From positions 19,158,001 through 19,222,000 of the forward strand of contig JBHGNT010000005.1 in the NCBI GenBank assembly GCA_043228905.1: a stretch of DNA of 64,000 nt, given 5' to 3'. This document shows, piece by piece, positions 11,885 through 23,400 of the stretch (its first letter is position 1; each line of letters begins with the position of its first letter). The DNA is from Azolla caroliniana. Lineage: Eukaryota > Plantae > Polypodiophyta. Below the pieces are notes generated by a model. It did not search any database. It had not been told where the DNA came from and saw only the letters and a program-made list of their open reading frames with translations. The position numbers and the translations under genes were made by a program.

Positions 11885-14716
11885 GGCTTAGTGGATATGC
11901 TAAACCACACGCTCTAATACCATGTTAGTAATTAGGTAATTAACTAAGGGTTAATTAGTATCTAATTATGTGAGAAGTTAATCACGTATGTGATTAAGTC
12001 GCGGAAGATTATGTGATATGTTTGTGAGAGGAAGGAAGAGGAGAAGTTACACTTATGAACAATGAGATAAATGGGGGATGATTTACAAGAGTGTAGCTAA
12101 AGACCTTTCTCTATATTAATAAGCATCAAGTTACAAAAATACCCACAATAAGATATATATACAACTCATGTTGTGAGTAGATATAGGTACAAGGATGTAA
12201 GTCCTATATTAAATATACTTGGTAGTCGAGAATCTAGAATGTATCCCCACTTACGTACAAGTACAAGATCCTATTTAAGGGTTTAAAAGGTCAACACACT
12301 AACTAGATTCACTAAGTTATATGGTTAACTAAATGGCTAAACTTAATTGAGCTTGATATCTCAACACCCCCCCTCAAGCTCAAGTATGAGGCGTCCGACA
12401 TCCGATTTGGCTTTCGGCGATGTTGACTTCTGTTTGGCTTTCAGTGTCGGCATTTCTGTGGCAGTGGCAGTTTCGGTTCCTCCCCCTCAAGCTTGAGATG
12501 AAGGCTTGTAGTATCAAATGGTCCAAGGCCGAGTGCTTGCATCTTGTCATCCATGGTTTCCATCCCTCGGTGGTCACAAGCCGCTTTTGTAAAGCTTGCG
12601 GGCTCTCGTTTGGTCGCCCCCTTCATCGCAAAGGCATAATGATGGGCCATATACTCGTTGTAGCCGAACCGAGTGATCGGGTTCTTCTCTCTAGATGAGC
12701 GTCAAAGTTTTTCGTTTGCTGACGTGAGCGCCTTCTTTACATCGGGTGTCCACATGATGGGTACACCAAACTCATTGTCTAGTGAGTGAGCTGACACATC
12801 TAAATCATTGTCGTCAGGGTGGTCGACTTCATATTCGGGCATCTTACCTTTGCCTTTGTTTGATCCGGCCCCTGGTCAAGACGTGCTTGGAATGCTTGAC
12901 GACTTGTGTGGTCCACTTAGCTCGATGCAGTTTGGATTGTCCTTTGGTAAAGGACTTTGCTGAATATCGTTATCCAAGTTGACGACCAACTATTCTTCGG
13001 TCGGTTTGGATGGAGTTGAATTGGGATCATACCATAATGCATTTGTCGAAAACTATGTCCTGACTTACCCGAACTGCTTGGGTTGAGGGGTTAAAGCACT
13101 TATATCCCTTTTTCTCGGAGAAGTATCCTACGAGGATACATTTCGCCGACTTCGCGTCAAGCTTTTGGTGTTTTTCGTTTGGGAGGCTTAAATCCGCAAT
13201 GCTTTCGAACACTTTGAGGTGTGAAAGGATCGACTTCCTTCCAACAAAGATCTCATATGGAGTTAACTCATGTACTCCATTAGTGGTGCATCGATTTAGG
13301 AGACAGACAACCCTGGGTGCCGCTTCGGCCCAATAGAAATTCGGCATGTGCTTCTCATGCAACATGGCCCGTGCTACCTCGAGTATATGCAGATTCTTCC
13401 TTTCGGCTACTCCATTTTGTTGGGGTGTGTGTTGGCATGAGAATTCTCTCCAAATGCCTTCACCTTGGAGGTAGGAGATGAATTTGTGGGAGCTTCGCGT
13501 CGAGCTTTTGTCATTTTTCGTTTGGGAGGCGTAAATCTGCAATATTTCCGAACACTTTGAGGTGTGAAAGGATCAACTTCCTTCCAACAAAGATCTCATA
13601 TGGAGTTAACTCATGTACTCCATTAGTGGTGCATCGATTCATGAGATAGATTCATGAGATAGAGAACCGTGGATGTCACTTCGGCCCAATAGAAATTTGG
13701 CATGTGCTTCTCATGCAACCTGGCCCATGCTAACTCAACTATATGCCAATTCTTCCTTTTGGCTACTCCATTTTGTTGGGGTGTGTCAGCATGAGAAATC
13801 TCTCTGGATGCCTTCACCTTGGAGCTAGGAGATGAATTTGTCGAAGAAGTACTCCTTACCTCCATTCGATCGTAAGCATTGAATGTGCCGACTGGTTTCT
13901 TTTTCGACTTGGCTCTTCACCTTTTGGAAGTGTGCGAGCACTTCACTCTTCTTCTTCATCGAGAAGATCCACGTGTAGCGCAAGTAGTCATCGGTGAAGG
14001 TGACGTAGTACCGGCATCCTCCGATGGTCGATGTTTGAGCCGGTTCCCATTAGGGATCGGCAACGGTTCGGTTTAGGCTTAGCCGGTTTGGCCTAATCCA
14101 AGCCAAACCGGCTAAGCCTAAACTATTTACGGGATCTCAAACTTGAGTTGAGCCGGTTCACAAACCGGTTTAGCCTAAACCGGTTTGGTAAACGGCTTGG
14201 AAATCGGTTTAGAAACCTCCCTCTCTCTCTCTTAGATGATCCACTATATACTATATACAATATACTATACATTGCACAAGCTCTCCCTCCCTCCCTCTCT
14301 CTCTCCTCGTCTGTGTAGTTCTCCCTCACTCACTCTCTCTCTCTCCCATCGTTTGTTTAGTCTCCCTCACTCTCTCTTTCACCTTGTCTGTTGTCTCTCT
14401 CCCCCTCTCTCTAAAGTTTATAAACGGCTTAGCCGGCTTGAGCCGGTTTGGCGCGAGCCAAGCTCAAACCATTAAGGCAAGTTCAAGCCTAAACCGAGTT
14501 GAGCTGAGCCGCTAAGACGTTTTCAAGCCAGCTAAGCCAAACGGTTTAGGCTTGAGCCGAGCCGTTGACGATCCCTAGTTCCCATACATTTGAGTGGATC
14601 ACATCGAGGAGGCCTTTGCTTACATAACTCTCCTTTGGGAATGGGAGTTGACATTGTTTGCCAAGTTGGCATGCTTCGCACACTCAGTCGACTCGTTTCG
14701 ACTCAAATGCCAGAAA
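11885..14716 (-). mobile_element. Decayed Ty1/Copia element A: LTR 11923-12366, PPT 12367-12377, integrase remnants, RT/RNaseH deleted
   Basis: TG...CA LTR with PPT TTGAGGGGGGG on -. Integrase text TPQQNGVAERKN..FYWAEA..KCILVGY (13027-13865). CEACQLGKQ pre-integrase motif at ~14640-14690. Met-tRNA PBS-like TGGTATTAGAGC at 11922-11911. Confidence 0.85.
14051..14577. mobile_element. hAT-type MITE (527 bp) inserted in Copia A
   Basis: 21-bp TIRs TAGGGATCGGCAACGGTTCGG and TAGGGATCGTCAACGGCTCGG. Perfect 8-bp TSD GTTCCCAT at 14043-14050 and 14578-14585. Many CCGGTT/AAACCG subterminal motifs. Confidence 0.95.
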
Positions 14717-15546
14717 ACCTGGACATTTGAATCATGCAATATGTCTCATTCCCTTATTGAGAAATACGCGAGATGTCAAGAATTACCTTTTTTGAACAAA
14801 CTTTCAAGAACCTATCACGCATGCACACATGATTTTTAAAAACATCACTAAAAAATGCAGTTAATATTTTGAAGATTAAAAATTTAACTAATATTTGGAA
14901 AATTCATATACAAATTTATCCGAATCTTAGATAAGATGATGGGAATGCATCCAACTATAATTGTAATATGCTTCATTGTACATAATGTTAAATTCAAATC
15001 TAACTTAACAAATTTAGAAATGCAATTTTGTTACTATATTTGTCTCTTAATCTTATAAAGATTGTTATGCCGAGTTTGTAAATAGGATTATTGGATATAA
15101 TTAGAAAAACTTTCACAAACGAATATACCACCATATGGCACGCATGCCAAAAATAAACTACAAACATTATATGACAATCATTCATGAACAACGTGAATGC
15201 ATGATCATATGAGCAACGACGTTGATTTAATATTATTGAGTTTACTCGAAACTAGTTTACCAAGATTAAAGACAATATAAATCATAGAATAAACACTAAA
15301 TTCAATTATATTAATTGAGAAACAATTATAACCAACATTTGTCATACAATCGATAAGTTAAAATTATCTATTCAATGGAAACTATACTTTAATAACCACA
15401 TACTTTATAAGTCAACCTTTGTAAACATATGATAGACACATAAAGTTGGAGACACCAATAGGATAAATTAAAGAAATTATACTCAAACGAAAAGTTGTTA
15501 TATTTCAAAACAATAATTTAGTTACAAATACAAAATATTATACAAT

Positions 15547-17089
15547 TCACTCCATTAGGAGGTCTAGAAGAGGTTGGTCTCCAAGATTAGTTGGCAGTTG
15601 TGTCATATCCACTTGTTTCGTTTGCTTAGCTGAATCTTGTGTTTGTTTAGACTCTGGTATATCTTCGAGGTCGACAAGGTCCCCTCCTTCGTCTATAGGT
15701 TCCATTGGTTCTCTGGATGTCAATTGAAACATCTCTGTTTCATTGATATGCTTTACCCCAACCTCCTGGTCTTGGTTGGGACAATCCTAGATACCTTGGA
15801 TCCTCATTTTAATAAATTTAGTTTGGGAGGGGTCCTTCTCCAAGGTGACGCAGTTCCTGAACAATTTGAGAGCACATGTAGTCGTCGTTCTTGAATAAAC
15901 AATCATACATGCGTAAGTAAGAAAACAAAGACGAGATAAATTAAGATAAATTAATCACACTTATGAGAATACTTGTTCCAGAGAATACGTTGAGCACCCA
16001 ATCATCAGGGTTGGAGAACAACTTGACCAATCAATTAATTAATCATCGGGGCTTTTGATATAGGTTTACTAGACACTTGTCACCAGAAACGTGGCGCAAC
16101 TTCTTCGTTACTGCTAGGCACATGATATAATTTACGACGTTTCTCTCATTCACATGTGCCCAAACCTTCTTCTTAGAAATTGCATCGTAGTACCCCACGT
16201 ACAAATGCTCCATAATGCTCACCATTTGATCACCCGGGACACAAGTTATATTCGTTTTAACCCTATTTGTAATGGAATGGAAACAAGTCAATATCTATAT
16301 AGTAAGTGCAATATAAGCCATATATTAAATATATAGCAACTTAAAGCTTACCAATGCATGTGTTTGGTGGCATGGCATTTTGACTTTAGTGTAGTAGTGA
16401 CCGATAAAGCCCGACCCATACTGTGAAATATTACTATTCGCCATAATGGAGCTAGGGTCATCTTTGCAAAGTCTTTCACCATCTTTTCTATTTGCGGATA
16501 TTTATATGGCACATCGTCGTATGTGGACCTTGTTATTTGAAATCCATATGGTATGTCCACAACGAGCAACGTATAATGCCTCTTTGGTAATATGTCAAGC
16601 ATATTACCCACATCACCATTATATACACTATAATACAGTTGTCGGAAAGGATCAACATTGTGTAAAAAACTTTTTACTGTGTTCGAGTCCCCATTCTCGA
16701 AACACAATGAAAAATTCTTCAAGAGCCTTGTACGATGATGTTTTTGGGCAAGACTGCTCCACTTCTTCCCACGTAGGCAGGGATAACTTTTTCATCATCA
16801 ACTCTTGTATCTTCATATAAACCATATGACTAAAAAACATTACACATAGAGGTTAGGATAAAGAGCAAATTAACAAAGAAATCCATTAAAAAACAATCAT
16901 CACATAGACTACTCACTTTTTCAACTTTGTGACCATTTCATCCAAGCTAAAGTCCTTGGCGGCCACTCTTGATAATACTTATATTAATAATTTGTCATCT
17001 TTTATCCCTTGCAATGACAGCCAACGAAGCAACTTCATGTCCTCGGGTAGTTCCTCTATCAGGAAGTCACTTTTACGTGATTTAGACTT
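15547..17089 (-). pseudogene. Intron-containing beta-class N6-adenine/N4-cytosine DNA methyltransferase (N6_N4_Mtase-like) pseudogene, 5'-truncated by a Copia LTR
   Basis: Exons 17089-16917, 16829-16352 (one frameshift near 16680), 16262-15973 and 15890-15547. Translation gives VYNGDVGNMLDILPKRHYTLLVVDIPYG (motif IV, DIPY at 16557-16546), IVIFHS, HW|VKTN..EHLYVGY, VNLYQKPR*LIN*LVKLFSNPDDWVLNVFSGT|(G/R)TTTTCALKLFRNCVTLEKDPSQTKFIKMRI. This matches the beta-class order DPPY ... HPTQKP..L...I...S..GD.VLDPF.GSGTT..AA..LGR..IGIE.D...A..RI. Four in-frame stops. Confidence 0.85.
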
Positions 17090-17415
17090 TGTTGAGAGAT
17101 CAAGCTCAACTTAGTTTAGTTAGTTTGTCAACAATGTAACTTCATAGTAACCTAGATATAATCTAGTTAGAAGTGTTGACTATAACGCCTTAAATAGGAC
17201 CTTGTACTTATGTGGGATATTCTAGATCCTCCACTCCTAACTACATTTAATATAGGACTTACACCTTAGTACCTATATTCTACTCACACATGTGCACCTT
17301 TGCACATGAGATGTATATATACCTCATTGTGGGTATTTTTGTATTTGATGATGTTGATGCTAATTTAATATAGTTACTCATCCCCCATCTTGTGTTGTTC
17401 ATAAGTGTATCTCTT

Positions 17416-17471
<56 letters not shown>

Positions 17472-20400
17472 CACTTAATCTTTCGCTTATCAACTAATCA
17501 CATAATTAGGTACTAATTAACCCTTGCTTAATTAATTACCTAATTATTAACATGGTATCAGAGCGTGTGGTTTAGATAATCCACTAAGCCCACCTGACTC
17601 CATAATTGTGTGTTCAAGACACTGACGACAAAATCCGGCTATCGGCTATCGTAGTGTCGCTATGTAGCACGTTCACGTGATCGAAGGAAGAAAAGCAAAA
17701 GAAGAGAAGACACTAAAATCAACATGAAGACACAAATGGGTAGCTCGCTCCCTAGTGAAAAGCTAGACCGGAGCAATTATTCATATTGGGAGTACAAGAT
17801 AACCCAATACCTCGTCGGCCAAGGCTATTGGAGCTACATTAACGACGCACTAAAAAACAAGCCCAACATCACAAACGCCAACTACCCAACGTGGGAGCAA
17901 GGAGAGAGTCGGGTAATGTATTGTTTAGCAACATGTGTCCATGACCACATGCTTAGCCACATTCGAGACGCCAAGACGCCTAAAGAGGCGTGGAAGAACG
18001 TAAAGAATATGTTCGCTGCCAACACGACCGCCCGAAAGCATAAACTCCAACAAGAGTTGAACAACATTCGGCAAAAAGACATGTCCGTGTCGGACTACAC
18101 CGCCAAGATCAAGAGCATTTGCGACTCGCTTGCCTCCATCAAAATAAACGTCGACGAAGACGAGACGGTTCAAGTATGCTTGGGCGGCCTTGCACAACGA
18201 TTCAATCCATTACGGACGACAATCTTGGCGAGAGAAAACCCTCCTTCATTCTTCGACTTCCAATCAATGTTATTGGTCGAAGAGAACCACATCCGAACCA
18301 AAAGCAAGACGTCGGAAGGACAAATGTTATTCTCGAATTGGGACGGTGGACGAGGAGGTCATGACTGTAGAAGAGGTCAATTCAACCCATCACACGAAGG
18401 GAACTTAAACCTTCACGGAAGCCATCGAGGAACCTTCGGAAGAAGGGGGAGGAGTTTCCATGCCGAACAAGGTTGGCAAATGAGGCCCGCAACTTGCAAC
18501 TATTGTGGAAAAATCAGCCACCGCGAGGAGGAGTGCCGAGAAAGAAGAAGTGAGTCGACTTCGACAAGTCGACAACTCACGAATTACGCAACCAACTCTG
18601 AATATGACGTGTAAAGAATCGAGTATGATTCTTGTGTAGCGGAAGAGATGTGTGTTATGTGTATGTGTGAGAGGAATTAGAGGAGAGATGCGAGAACACT
18701 AGATAGATAGACAAGAGAAATATAATACTCAAGAAGAAGGTGTATATTTCACAAGTAGAATAAGAATTACAAAATGTAGCATAATAAGGAGTCACAACCG
18801 ACTAGGTATGAAGTATGAGGAGGGTGCTTTATATAGAGTCACCCTCTCTCTTCATTAACTTTATAACAACCACTCTCTTGCTTGGGGAATGTGAAGACTC
18901 ATAGTCATGGGGAATATGTAACTCATTAGTTATGTGTCATAGAATATGATTCTATGATACATAGTTAATGTGTAGAGAGTAGTGGTGTGACTCTTGACCT
19001 TTGAGTAATCATGGATTCTCAAAAGGTGTGTTCACACGTTGTGCTATGTTGAGCTTGATTCTCAACACGCCCCCTCAAGCTTAACTCGGGTTGGTTCCTT
19101 TCGATTGATGTCCGCTTCGGTTGGTATCCGGTTCGGACGATCTCCGGTGTCCGCTTAGGCTCGTACCCGGTTCAGACGGTATCCGATTCTCGCTTGTACT
19201 CCCCCTTAAGCTTGGCAAGTCAGGGATCGTCAATCCAAGGTCGGACATGAATTGTCGAAGCTTGTCGGCTCCTAAGGTTTTGGTGAAGATGTCGGCCGTC
19301 TGAAGATTCGTGTTGATGTGTTGAAGGTCGACATCTCCGGCCTGTACGCGCTCTCGAATGAAGTGACAGTGCACTTCGATGTGCTTTGTGCGCGCGTGGA
19401 ACACCGGGTTCTGAGCCATATATATACTGCTCATATTGTCGCAGTAAATGGGAGTCGGATCCTTGATGGGGACGCCCAGATCCTTCAAAATCCTCTTGAG
19501 CCATACAGCTTCACATGTTGCTACGGTTGCGCCCCTGTATTCGGCCTCTGTACTCGAAAGTGCGACGATAGGCTGCTTCTTACTACTCCAAGATATTGCT
19601 CCGCTACCGAGCGAGAAGTCAAATCCGGAGGTCGATCGTCGATCAGCTTTGTAGCCTGCCCAATCCGCGTTTGTGTACCCTTCAAGTTGTATTGGTGTTG
19701 CCGATGCGTAGAGAACGTCGTAATCCATTGTGACGCTCACATATCGTAATACTCGCTTAGCGCAATCCAAGTGAATGCCGTGTGGTTTTTGCATGAATTG
19801 GCTGAGGAGTCCGACTGGATAGCTAAGGTCGGGTCGAGTGATCGTGAGATAGATGAGGCTCCCGATCAATTGGCGATATTGGGTCGGCTCACACTCGTCT
19901 GTGCCGACGTCAACATCTAGTTTGAGGTTTCGATCGAGAGGCGTAGCGACCGATTTGCACTCAGTCATCTGGAACTTGTATAACAAGTTGAGAATGTAGT
20001 GTCGTTGGGAGATCATAATCCTGGTTGGAGTCCAAATTACCTCAATGCAAGGAAGTAGTGGAGCTCTTTCATGTCGGTCATCTTGAATTTGTTGGAAAGG
20101 AGGGACTTGACCTTGTTGATGTTGACTAGATGCTCACCTCCAATGACCAGATCATCCACGTATAGGATGATGGCAATTAGGTTTCTAGAGTCGTGTCGTA
20201 CGTAGAGGGAGTTGTCAGATTTTGACATTCGAAAGCCGATTTGATGAAGATATTGCGTAATCTTCGAATGCCAAGCACGCGGTGCTTGCTTGAGGCCGTA
20301 GAGAGACTTCTTGAGTTGGCATACAACTTTTGGATGAATGCGCCATTCGAAGTTGGGTGTTTGTACCATGTACACCTCCTTGTCTAATTCGCCTTGAAGA

Positions 20401-23400
20401 AAGGCATTCTTGACGTCCATTTGGTGGAGGTGCCACCCTTTTGCCGTTGGAAGTGCGATCACGGTCCGCACTGTCGTCATCTTTGCCACGGGGGCAAATG
20501 TCTCTTCATAGTCGACGCCATGCGTCTAAGCGTATCCTTTCGCTACGAGTCGAGCTTTGTCACGGTTTACGGAGCCATCGACGTTATACTTCACCTTGTA
20601 GATCCATCTGCAACCGATCGCCTTCTTATGCGGTGAGTGGGGAACAAGATCCCATGTCTCGTTCTTGGAGAGTGCTTGCATCTCCTCATTCATCGCTTCA
20701 ACCCATCTGGGGTCCTTCGCGGCTTCAGAAAACATTTCCGACTCCCCTATTGTTGCTACCTTCATCATAAAGGCGTAATGGTACGCCATATAATCGTTGT
20801 AGCCGAATCGGCTTACAAGGTTCTTTTCACGGGTGGATCGGCGAAGGTTCTCGTTTGCGGATACTATGGCTTTCTCCACTCCATTTGTCCGGATCTCAAG
20901 GCCTTCGAACTCACTATCAAGGGAGTGAGTCAATTCGTTGCTGTCGAAGTGATCATCTTCATACTCCGACATTTTCGCCTTCCCTTTGTCCATCTTTGGA
21001 CTCGGCCGAGATGTGCTTTGATCGCTTGGGGGCTCTTGTGGCCCACTAAGCCTTGTCGTAATTGGGCTTTCTTCGAACATGCGCGTGAGTCGATCTTCGG
21101 CTTCTATCTCTATTTCAGCGTATTCCGGGTCGAACGGAATCGGAGTCGAAGTTGTCTCTGGTGTGTACCAGGATGCGGACTCGTCGAAAACGACGTCTCG
21201 ACTTACTCGAGATTTTCGAGTTGAGGGATTGTAGCACTTGTACCGCTTTTGCTCCAGTGAGTATCATACGAGGATACATTTCTCCGACTTCGGGTCGAGC
21301 TTTTGACGCTTCTTGTCAGGGATGTGCACGTACGCAATGGAGCCGAATATCCAAACATGCGATAGGTCCGGCTTCTTTCCGAAGAACTTCTTGTGTGGAG
21401 TAAGTTCTTGCACACCCGATGTCGTACACCGATTCATGAGATAGACGGTCGTGTTAGCTGCTTCCGCCCAATACGATTTCAGCATGTGCTTTTCGTTAAG
21501 CATAGCCCGTGCCACTTCGAGGATGTGCCGATTCTTGCGTTCGGCCACTCCGTTTTGTTGTGGCGTATGTCGACACGAAAATTTTCACTGTATTCCTTCT
21601 TTCCATAGAAATGCCGAAAATTCGTCGGAGAAGTACTCCTTGCCTCCATCCGACCGAAGACATCGTACATGTCGGCCCGTGGCTTTCTCGACTTCATTCT
21701 AAAATTTTTGGAAGTTTCTAAACACTTCGCTCTTTTGTCGCATGGGGTAGATCTAGGTGTGCCTGGAGAAGTCGTCGATGAAGGCCACGTAGTATCGGCA
21801 TTCGCCGAATGTAGCCGTTTGAGCCGCACCCCATACATCGGAATGAATTACGTTGAGTACGCCTTTGCTCACGTTCTGTTCTTTCGGAAATGGGTGCCGA
21901 TATTGCTTGCTGAATTGGCAAGCGGCACACATGCCTTCAATCTCTTTCTCCGTGAATGTCGGGAGCCCGATGACGACTCCTTTCAATTGCATTGCCTTGA
22001 GCTTTTGGAGGTTTATATGGCCAATCCGCTTGTGCCATAACTCTATGTCGGAATCGGTTTTTATGCCCTTTGCAAACATGGACAATTTCATCTCATGTGA
22101 GTTGAGAATGAACATTCGGCCCTCTCTTCGTCCGCGAGCGATGAGTCGGCCCTCTTTTTCGATGAAGCAACCGCCTTGATTAAATCGTACTTGCATTCCT
22201 TGCTCTACAATTTGGCCAACGGAGACCAAATTCTTCGTGATAGTTGATACGTGCAAGACATTTTTAATATAAGTTTGCTTACCTTCTTCTCCGAACGGAA
22301 CATTGCTGATGTGTCGAATCGGGTGCATAGTGTCGTCTCCGGTTTCGATATAGCCAGGTCGGTCTGGCTCTTGAAGTTCTCGGAACCATTCTTGATGCGA
22401 CGTCATATGGTTCGAGGCACCTGAATCGACGAACCATACATCTTCTGGACCGGAGGCATTAGTAGATGTAGAGGCCGACATAGAATTCGCTCTATGTCTC
22501 ATCACGAACATTCCGCCGTGATTGTCATAGTCGGAGTTGATGGCGTAGTTGGTGAGTTGTCGGCTAGTGGAAGCTGACTCGCGTATCTTCTTATGGCATT
22601 CTTCTTCGTGGTGACCGATTTTTCACAATATCCGCATTCGACTAAGCTTTGTCGGTTCGGACCGGAATGGAAGCTCCCCCTTCTTCCGAAGGTTCCTCGA
22701 TGGCTTCCGTCTTGATGCCGAAATTGCGAGTTGTTTTCGTAAATCGGGCCTTGTCTGCCACGACCTTGGCCGAATCGGCCTCTTCTTGCACAACCACGTC
22801 CTCTTCCTCTATTTGAATGCGTGTAGAGCACTTGGCCTTCCGAGGCATTGTTCCTTGTTCGAACATGATTCTCTTCGACCAACAACATGGATTGAAGGTC
22901 GAAGAAGGAGGGCGGATTCTCCCGTGCTAGTATGGCGGTCCGCATCGTGCTGAACCGTGGTGCAAGGCCGCCGAGGCATATTTGCACCATCTCGTCATCC
23001 TCCACGTTTACGCTTATCGAGCTGAGCGAGTCGCAAAGCTCCTTGATCTTCAAAGTGTAGCTTGTGACAGACATATCCCTTTGTTGGATATTATTCAACT
23101 CTTGGCAAAGTTGAAGCTTCCTCGCGGTCGTGTTGGCAGCGAAAATCTTTCGTAGATTCTCCCACGCTTCCTCTCTCTTCATTAACTTTACAATAACCAC
23201 TCTCTCTCTTGGGGAATGTGAATACTCATAGTCATGGGGAATATGTGACTCATTAGTTATGTGTCATAGAATATGATTCTATGACACATAGTTAATGTGT
23301 AGAGAGTAGTGGTGTGACTCTTGACCTTTGAGTAATCATGGATTCTCAAAAGGTGTGTTCACACGTTGTGCTATGTTGAGCTTGATTCTCAACACGATGA

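Noticed and set aside
15547-17089. Bacterial contamination as the source of the methyltransferase
   Set aside because: It has spliceosomal-type introns that preserve frame, an AT-rich composition and direct joins to plant Copia sequence on both sides.
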